From a virus: a DNA stretch of 64,000 nucleotides. A program made the translations under genes and the position numbers. The notes beneath the pieces are model-generated. The model was not told where the DNA came from, searched no databases, and saw only the letters and a program-made list of their open reading frames with translations. This document shows, one piece after another, positions 57,490 through 64,000 of this stretch; position 1 is the first letter of the stretch; the number at the start of each line of letters is the position of its first letter. The stretch covers positions 1 through 64,000 of the IMG/VR virus record IMGVR_UViG_3300005468_000016; one strand, 5' to 3'.

Positions 57490-57897
57490 ATGGCCAATTA
57501 CCTCGCATCCTTCCTCTTCAACCTCAACTACACCGGGCCGAGCAATGAGCCGCTCACGATGCAGCCCGAGTCCGTGAACGCGCCCTATGCCGCGCTGAAC
57601 GAAGGCATCATGGACATTCCGGACGGCACCGCCTCATCGACGACGTTCCCGGTCCCGTTCGGCACCATCACCGCCAACGCGACCGGCGGCATCATCGTAA
57701 ACCGGACCGGGCAGAACCTGGAGATGAAGATCAACGGCGCGGCGTCGGCGAGCCATTCGATTCCGCAGGGCGGCGTGTTCGCGTGGTCCAATCCGGCCAC
57801 GACCAGCCTGCCCATCACGGCGATCGATCTCACCACGACCGCTGGCCAGGTCGGACAAGGCCAGGTCGCCTACCGTCTGTTTGGCGACCCGATCTAG
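57490..57897 (+). CDS. Putative virion protein
   Basis: AAGGAG RBS; beta-rich; last gene of the operon. Confidence 0.6.
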   Translation: MANYLASFLFNLNYTGPSNEPLTMQPESVNAPYAALNEGIMDIPDGTASSTTFPVPFGTITANATGGIIVNRTGQNLEMKINGAASASHSIPQGGVFAWSNPATTSLPITAIDLTTTAGQVGQGQVAYRLFGDPI

Positions 57898-58235
57898 TCC
57901 ACCCGCTTGCTGACCTCGCTATAGATCGGACGGCGCTTGAACTCGGCAAGTAGCGCGTCCTCGGATTTGTAGCCGCGCCCCTCCTCGACGTTGTAGGCGA
58001 TCAACCCCTCCTTAAACGCCAGCCGCTGCATTTCGTTTGAGAATGCGAACGCCCTCATGTGGTTGGCCATCGTCTGGGTATCGTGGCGCTTCGGGAACGC
58101 GGCGACCACTCGACCGCCCCATTCTTCGGCGTGAACCATGGCCGTTGAATGAAGGGCGGCGCGGGCGTGCTGGTAGTCGAGATCGGCCGGCGTGAACTCG
58201 TACATCTTCATGGGTTGGTGGCGGTCGATGAACAT
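57894..58235 (-). CDS. Hypothetical protein
   Basis: AAGGAG RBS; convergent with the tail operon. Confidence 0.6.
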   Translation of the reverse strand: MFIDRHQPMKMYEFTPADLDYQHARAALHSTAMVHAEEWGGRVVAAFPKRHDTQTMANHMRAFAFSNEMQRLAFKEGLIAYNVEEGRGYKSEDALLAEFKRRPIYSEVSKRVD

Positions 58236-58771
58236 GGGACTCCTTTGTGGTTACGGGATCGGGATGATTCCGGCGAGCAGGACGGCAAGGACGACGATAA
58301 GTAGCAAGCCCGCCGCCACACCATGGAGTTTGTGCCATCCGTTGGGCTTCCAATCGGGCGGCAGTCGTCGGCCGGTGCGAACGAAGGCGCTCATGATGCT
58401 GCTTCTGTCGGCGTCCATCCGGTGGACATCTTGCGCATCACTGCGCGCAGGATTTTTCTTCCCCGCTCCATTCCTGCATTGTCACTGAATGTTACAGGCA
58501 CCACATATTGGCGATTATGCACTTGACAAAGCAGACCCTGCGCCCCGTCGGTGGCTCGACGGCGCGACAGGCTAGGATTCCTTTTTCTGGGACTTCGCGG
58601 GCTTGGGAGTCTGCGCGGCTTCATCCGCAACGCGCGCAGGAGTCCGTAGCGCGATCTTGAGGGATTCCCGAAAGCGGGCTTCTACTTCCGCTTCTTCTTC
58701 CGGAGTGAGTGCTTGCGGCGCTTCCGGTGTCTGCTGGGGCTTGTCTGCCTTGGACTTAGCCATAGCGTCAC

Positions 58772-59242
58772 CTATACCACATCGGCGCTTCGCCTGCCCC
58801 ACCACAGCCAACCCGGAAAGCGCGAGACATCCACCGCTGCCATGCGCCCGACGAAGTCTGCGAAGGGTTCGCGGATCAGGTAGACATCGACCTCGTCGAA
58901 ATCCCAAGCCGCAGCGATGGCCCGGCAGAGGTTGATAGCCAGCGTCCACCGCTCGGCATTCGTCAGCGCCTGCACATCCACCCCGAGCACGCGATCATCA
59001 CGCAACGCGGCGCCGTAGCCGTGCCACATGACGTTACCGATGAACGCGCGGGCGATGGCAAGCACGGGTTCGTAGGGCTTGAGGTCCGTCTGACCGTCCA
59101 GGCTGTCGAGGATGGCCTTTAACAGCCGTTCGACGACGGCGAAGCGGCAGGGGTTAGACCACGTCGAGAAGTCCAGCGTCGGTGGGTTCATGGGCTTGCT
59201 CCTTTGCCTGTCCATGGTCCGCTTGCTGCCTGTTTCTGTCAC
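58772..59242 (-). CDS. IS passenger hypothetical protein
   Basis: 156-aa ORF divergent from the Xre gene. Confidence 0.55.
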   Translation of the reverse strand: MTETGSKRTMDRQRSKPMNPPTLDFSTWSNPCRFAVVERLLKAILDSLDGQTDLKPYEPVLAIARAFIGNVMWHGYGAALRDDRVLGVDVQALTNAERWTLAINLCRAIAAAWDFDEVDVYLIREPFADFVGRMAAVDVSRFPGWLWWGRRSADVV

Positions 59243-59352
59243 GTTTTTTATTTCAGATATACATATCGCGTCGCTATTTATAAGTTTCTGTACTGTAATT
59301 TATTGCCGTGTTATGTTGTTGACCGGATACCCGAAAAACCTACGCTGCGCCC

Positions 59353-59607
59353 GTGCCTCGCCCCCCTGCCAAGCGGCCTCAACAGGTAGCTCGCCCGAGT
59401 CTCGGGCCAGGGCAGGCTGACCGTCTGCGTCGCACACGGGAAACAAAAGGCTACAGTTTGCGCGACCTCGCTGCCGCCGCTGGTGTGACGACGGGCGCGA
59501 TTCAGGCCATTGAGGCGGGGCGCAAGGGCAAGACAAGCTGTGAGGTCATGGCCTCGCTTGCGGATGCTCTCGGGGTTCCCCGAGGGTGGTTGGCGTTTGG
59601 TGGATAG
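59353..59607 (+). CDS. Xre HTH regulator (IS passenger)
   Basis: RLRRTRETKGYSLRDLAAAAGVT...I.AIEAG...LADALGV...WL. Confidence 0.9.
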   Translation: MPRPPAKRPQQVARPSLGPGQADRLRRTRETKGYSLRDLAAAAGVTTGAIQAIEAGRKGKTSCEVMASLADALGVPRGWLAFGG

Positions 59608-59619
59608 GAAAAGTGAAAA

Positions 59620-60657
59620 ATGGGAAAAACCGGTCAGGTTGCCGCTTCTTCATTGCCAAGTCAAGATCCAAATGCTAAGAGAGACGCCATGAGTAGCATG
59701 ACGGTGTGCATCGCCTATGATGGCGAGGGATTGCGCGATGGAGCAACGCCGAACTCCATGAATGTGCGTGATTTAGCGCCAGCTCTTATTGCCTTTGCCG
59801 ATATGTTTGAAGAATGCAATAAAGTGCTCCACGGCAACGAGGCGCCTCCTGTCAATGTTAAAATAATCCCAGATTTCCAACCTGGCTCTTTCGAGGTATA
59901 TCTCAATATTGCGCAAGGGCCAATTAGAGACTTGCTGATGTGGTTTTCTGACGGACAGCCAGCAGGTCTTGCCAATTTGTTCGATATTCTGCTTGGGATT
60001 ACCACCACTGGTACTTCTACTGCCATTGGCGTTTTTGCGGCCATTAAGTGGATTAAAGGACGAAGGGTTCAGAAGACCGAGTTATTGAGCGATGGAAATA
60101 TGCAGATAGTTGTTGAGGGGGAGAATTTGATCGTTAGACGCGATGTTGCCACCGTCCTAAGCGATGCGCGGGTGCGCCAAGCGATTATGAACACACTGTT
60201 GCCATTAAGAAGAGATGATATCGATACGTTTGAAATACGCCTCGAACCCAAGAAAAAAAGGAAAGTACCATTACCGCCAATTGAGATTGTTCGCAAATCA
60301 GAATTGCTCATGTTTGAGCCCCCGCCCCCGGTCCCGGTAGCTCCGTCGCAGGTTGTTCAAAATACATATGTTCAGTCGTTTACGATTATTTCTCCAGTCT
60401 TCAAGGATGGCAACAAATGGCAAGTTTCAGATGGGACTAATAGCATTAAAGTAACCATTGATGATCCAGAGTTTATGGAAAGAGTAAATAGCCGTGAAAT
60501 AAATTTTGCAAAAGAGGATATAATCATATGCTCAGTTCAACAAGAACAGACATCGAGTCCGGACGGACTAAAAACTACGTATTCAATTAAGAAGGTGCTT
60601 GAACACAAGCGCATACCCCGTCAGGTCGTTTTGCCATTCCCGATTGACCGGAAGTAG
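59620..60657 (+). CDS. Low-GC hypothetical protein (IS passenger)
   Basis: 345-aa ORF (start may be 59689), markedly AT-richer than flanks; C-terminal OB-like KWQVSDG...I.D.EF...V...F.K.D. Confidence 0.8.
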   Translation: MGKTGQVAASSLPSQDPNAKRDAMSSMTVCIAYDGEGLRDGATPNSMNVRDLAPALIAFADMFEECNKVLHGNEAPPVNVKIIPDFQPGSFEVYLNIAQGPIRDLLMWFSDGQPAGLANLFDILLGITTTGTSTAIGVFAAIKWIKGRRVQKTELLSDGNMQIVVEGENLIVRRDVATVLSDARVRQAIMNTLLPLRRDDIDTFEIRLEPKKKRKVPLPPIEIVRKSELLMFEPPPPVPVAPSQVVQNTYVQSFTIISPVFKDGNKWQVSDGTNSIKVTIDDPEFMERVNSREINFAKEDIIICSVQQEQTSSPDGLKTTYSIKKVLEHKRIPRQVVLPFPIDRK

Positions 60658-60682
60658 TTGCGCGCGTTACTTCCACAGCGCA

Positions 60683-61669
60683 TCAAACCACAGCCCCCGC
60701 CCTGGCCTTCCCCTTCATGGGCTTGAGGGTCAGCCGCCGCCCTTCCATCTTGCCCAGTCCGCCCACGGTACGCTCGCCATCCGTGACCTTGCGGGTGTTG
60801 TACTTGTAGTCAAGTTCGGCCATATAGAGGCTCAGGTGCTTGCGGCCGACGTGATGGTGGGTGCCGTCCATGCTGCGCTTGCTGTTGCCGAAGAACCCTT
60901 CGGCGGTGTTCGTGGTCGCCAAGCGGCCAGTTTCGAGGTCGTGCCGCGCGTACTCTTCTTCCGAGTGGTTGACGGTCAGGTGCGACTTGAAGCGCTTGCC
61001 CGGTTCGTCGTAGATGGGGCTCTCGTCGGTGTTCAGGTGCGCCTTCTTCGATACGTGCGTCACCAGAACAGCGTTTACTTCGGCGCTGCTCACGCGATCG
61101 GCGCCGATGACTTGCGAGCGGACGTTGCCACCGCGCTCTACCACGCTCACCACGGCGGTCTTGTTGCCGACGTAGCCACGGCCCTTGCCGCGAGCCTTGC
61201 CGCCCACGTACATCTCGTCGCACTCCACTTCGCCCTTCAGCTTGGCCGGTCCCAGCTCGGCCATGGTGAAGCGGATGCGGTGGCACATGTGCCATGCGCT
61301 GCGGTAGCTGCCGATCTCCAACATGCGCTGAATCTGGAGGGCGCTCACCTGCGTTTTGGCAGAGGACAGGAGGTAGTAGGCAATCAGCCACTTGTTGAGC
61401 GGGATATGGGAGTCCTCGAAAATCGTTCCCACGGTCACGCTGAACTGCTTGCGGCAAGTCGGGATGTTGCACTGGTACAGACCTGCACGGTGCGCCTTCC
61501 CTTCCAGTTTGGTCGCATCGTTGATCGCGCCGCACTGCGCGCACACGACACCATCCGGCCAGCGGATCTCCTCTAGGAGTGCGCGGGCGGCTTCCTCGGT
61601 AGAGAACCGCTTCATGAGCGTGATCAGGGTGAGGTCAGCGGCGGCGGGGTGGGTTTTCGTGCTCGACAT
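60683..61669 (-). CDS. IS1595 family transposase
   Basis: Zn ribbon (CAQC...C...C), FSVTVGTIFEDSH, VECDEMYVGG, LNTDE, VNHS, TNTAEGFF, Y.AE.DYKYN. Confidence 0.96.
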   Translation of the reverse strand: MSSTKTHPAAADLTLITLMKRFSTEEAARALLEEIRWPDGVVCAQCGAINDATKLEGKAHRAGLYQCNIPTCRKQFSVTVGTIFEDSHIPLNKWLIAYYLLSSAKTQVSALQIQRMLEIGSYRSAWHMCHRIRFTMAELGPAKLKGEVECDEMYVGGKARGKGRGYVGNKTAVVSVVERGGNVRSQVIGADRVSSAEVNAVLVTHVSKKAHLNTDESPIYDEPGKRFKSHLTVNHSEEEYARHDLETGRLATTNTAEGFFGNSKRSMDGTHHHVGRKHLSLYMAELDYKYNTRKVTDGERTVGGLGKMEGRRLTLKPMKGKARAGAVV

Positions 61670-61717
61670 ACCTACAATCTAGGCCCGTCGGTGTGCTTTG
61701 TCAAGTGCATAATCGCC

Positions 61718-62007
61718 CTAGGTTTTGGTTGGCCAGTCACCCGCACGAGGCGGTGCTTGCTGGGGCTTCCCAGGGCAATGACATCGCCCGCCCTTACACC
61801 GTCGTCGAACTGCGGGTAACACATCGTGACGATATTCGCGACACGGTCAACCCATCCATCGTCGGGGTGCGCGGCCTTCACGTCATTAGCCCTGAGCATC
61901 GTCCGCCAAGCGTCGAGCTTGGCTTGCTCGGCCAAACAGATATCGCGCCACGACTGGACGAATCGTTGCTCGCCGGAACAGAGGCCGATCATCTCTTTAG
62001 GTTCCAT
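61718..62007 (-). pseudogene. Phage gene truncated by the IS
   Basis: The ORF reads into the IS terminal repeat (...GQPKPR|AIMHLTK). Confidence 0.6.
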
Positions 62008-62263
62008 GAGTCTCCCCCGCCGCCAGCCAGCCGACGGTGCATTTCAGCGCCTTGGCCATCGTCACCACTGCATCGAGCGGCGGTAGATCGTTACCGATCT
62101 CCCACTTTGCGACTTGCGACTGAGCCACAAGGGCCACGCTGGCTAGTTGTTGCTGTGTAAAGTCTGCCTTGATTCTCGCCTGATAGAGACGAGCGGCGAA
62201 GTCTTTGGCGAGTTTCTCACGCCCTCTTGACTGCCCATTTTTCCGACCCGTTGGCCTGCCCAT
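61997..62263 (-). CDS. Xre/cI-like HTH regulator
   Basis: FAARL..AR....TQQQLA....VAQSQVAKWEIG...P......AKAL.C.V.WL. Confidence 0.9.
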   Translation of the reverse strand: MGRPTGRKNGQSRGREKLAKDFAARLYQARIKADFTQQQLASVALVAQSQVAKWEIGNDLPPLDAVVTMAKALKCTVGWLAAGETHGT

Positions 62264-62269
62264 GGGAAC

Positions 62270-62376
62270 AATCTATGCCTAGCCGCTTCTTTTGGCAAGA
62301 ATTAAAAATTATCTTCGTCGCTGAGTGTCGATTTTATTATTTTATCATTGACACATCGCTCGCCCCGTTGCATCTT
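62270..62376. promoter_or_regulatory. Divergent promoter pair, both apparently leaderless
   Basis: Minus TTGCCA-17-TAGATT-6-ATG; plus TTGACA-17-CATCTT-6-ATG. Confidence 0.7.
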
Positions 62377-62382
62377 CTGTCC

Positions 62383-62673
62383 ATGATCGCGACGCAAACC
62401 CAGACCACACAAACCGTAAAACGCCCCGGCCGCTGGTTCTTCTGCGCGATCGTCAAAGAGAGCGACACCCTGAAGCGCGGTGGGACCTCTGCCGCTCGCC
62501 GTCTCGCCGATGGCCGCTACGAAGTCCACAGCGCGGGCAAGAAATCGATACTGTCCAGCCAAGACGCAGCGCTTCACCTCAAGTCCGAGCGGGCGCGGGG
62601 CGAAGTGATGTACCTGAACGCTACCGAGGTCGCGGATGTTGATGGCGGGCGGTGGCAGGTGGGGAGTAACTAG
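62383..62673 (+). CDS. Hypothetical protein
   Basis: ATG 6 nt after the -10 element. Confidence 0.6.
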   Translation: MIATQTQTTQTVKRPGRWFFCAIVKESDTLKRGGTSAARRLADGRYEVHSAGKKSILSSQDAALHLKSERARGEVMYLNATEVADVDGGRWQVGSN

Positions 62674-63177
62674 ATGCGCAACCTAGCCGGCAGAGCGGAC
62701 TGCGACCGATTCATCACGAAGGAACTCCACAAGGCGAGCATCCCAATCGTCGCGGTCGATAGGACTGGGAAAGAAGTTTCCGCCAGTCTGGGCGGGCGAC
62801 TCGGGTCGTTCACCTTCCATCGGGCTTGGTATTACTGGGTGGTTGAGGGGTTGGTGCCGCTCCATGTGGCTAAGCGAATGCACAGACATCGAGCGGGCAA
62901 GCGAGTCCGTGTTGCTGGTCACTGCGGAGCGCCTCATCCGAATCAATGGACCGAGCGCGTTCTGTCGAATGGCGGGCGTGTCTGGCCGAGTTCTCATAAG
63001 GCCAAATGGGATGAATTTGTCGCTAGGCATCCCGAACTAAAGAATAACGATGTTTTCAGCGACGATCCGGCGCTCGGCCAGCGCTACGTCACCAATTATC
63101 ACATCGACACGGCGGAAGGTTTGCGCCTCTTCGCCAAAATGGTCCGCAGGTATGGGCTAGACGGGAGCACGAAATGA
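62674..63177 (+). CDS. Conserved phage hypothetical protein
   Basis: F.RAWYYWV..G.VPL..A...RV.GHCG...YHIDT.EGL..F. Confidence 0.75.
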   Translation: MRNLAGRADCDRFITKELHKASIPIVAVDRTGKEVSASLGGRLGSFTFHRAWYYWVVEGLVPLHVAKRMHRHRAGKRVRVAGHCGAPHPNQWTERVLSNGGRVWPSSHKAKWDEFVARHPELKNNDVFSDDPALGQRYVTNYHIDTAEGLRLFAKMVRRYGLDGSTK

Positions 63178-63725
63178 CCGCTCTCAGACCACCACCGACG
63201 GACGCTCAGATCCTGATGACCATGCTCGCTCATTGCACTCGGTGCGGTGCGATTCACGATGGATACACTCCCTGTCTTCCTGGGGAGAAAACCCCAGCCG
63301 AGAAAGCCGGAATTCCGCCCATCAGCGAGAAGACGCAGGCAAAGACAAATGTCGTGAAAAACGATAAGGCGCGCAAGGAATGGCTGGCGGGGCTCAAGGA
63401 TGGCGACATCATCGCGTCCGAAGATGCGCACGGGGTCCGAGTCGGAAAGGTTTCACGCTCCGGATATAAGCGCGGCGGTGAATGTTTCTGGCTGAATGGG
63501 GCTCGCTACACGGTGGCGACTGGCAGGAAAATTACCCGTCCCGGCTATTCGAGCACCCTGGCATGGTTAATACCAGCGACTGACGAAATAAAGCGGACGC
63601 ACGACATTACCCAGAAGCGCGAGCGCATTATTGCCTCGTGCTCCCATTCCGGACTGCGCGCCTTCACTGACGCCCAGATCCTCGCCATCGCCGCCATCCT
63701 GTGGCCATCCGAGGTGCAATCGTGA
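63174..63725 (+). CDS. Hypothetical protein
   Basis: Coupled ORF; WL..LK.GD. Confidence 0.6.
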   Translation: MTALRPPPTDAQILMTMLAHCTRCGAIHDGYTPCLPGEKTPAEKAGIPPISEKTQAKTNVVKNDKARKEWLAGLKDGDIIASEDAHGVRVGKVSRSGYKRGGECFWLNGARYTVATGRKITRPGYSSTLAWLIPATDEIKRTHDITQKRERIIASCSHSGLRAFTDAQILAIAAILWPSEVQS

Positions 63726-64000
63726 CCCCCACAACCATCGCCCACGCCACCCCCGCCTATCTCCCGCCGTTCTACGTGGCCTGGACCGAACCGGACGGCA
63801 CGCGCAAAGCTGAGCGGTTCGCGTCTGAATTCGCCGCTCGGAAGGTGGCGGTTCGGGCGCTGGAAGCCGGCCGCACGCAGGTCTCGGTTCTGCCGGTGCG
63901 GCGGATTGGGGGTGGGGAATGAGTCTCTGGGACGAGATCAAGGCGCTCGGCAAGGGGGAGTTGATTCCCCAGCAAGAAGCCCGGCTATCGGACTTGCTCG

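Larger units (their letters stand above)
58510..61717 (-). mobile_element. IS1595-family element (ISNwi1-like ends) carrying passenger genes, 3208 bp
   Basis: Perfect 24-bp terminal inverted repeats GGCGATTATGCACTTGACAAAGCA at 58510-58533 and 61694-61717. Confidence 0.9.

Noticed and set aside
55945-57897. Diversity-generating retroelement or invertible tail-fibre cassette
   Set aside because: No reverse transcriptase, TR/VR pair or invertase seen.
36862-57897. Tailocin / eCIS rather than phage
   Set aside because: Terminase, portal, protease and capsid genes are present.

Overview
A 64-kb, GC-rich segment of a contractile-tailed (Mu-like head, myovirus tail) phage or prophage, most likely infecting a Myxococcota host. 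The host inference rests on three MXAN_4361/4362-like small RHH proteins, a KGG stress protein, Cys-rich lipoproteins and a PP2C phosphatase. 1-20.5 kb: leftward early operons with many small hypotheticals, a PAPS-reductase-like enzyme, DnaB, a replication initiator with internal iterons, GIY-YIG and HNH nucleases, a CCA-adding enzyme / Pol-beta nucleotidyltransferase / YggL cassette, SLOG, YkgJ, PP2C and an Xre repressor. 20.6-30.5 kb: rightward genes, terminase (with a mini-intein) and portal. 30.4-36.8 kb: an inverted accessory block headed by two tandem, non-canonical tRNA-like RNAs. 36.9-57.9 kb: head, tail and baseplate genes. 58.5-61.7 kb: an IS1595-family element with passenger genes. 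62-64 kb: a second divergent Xre switch. No integrase, lysis genes, CRISPR array or rRNA were recognised. The best candidate for an undescribed system is a pair of anticodon-defective tRNA mimics (His-type G-1:C73 and Ala-type G3:U70 acceptor identities). They may work together with the RNA 3'-end repair cassette (cca, RlaP-like NTase, yggL), whose cca-NTase pair is bracketed by a perfect 17-bp direct repeat. All family assignments come from motif recognition by eye; no database search was run.
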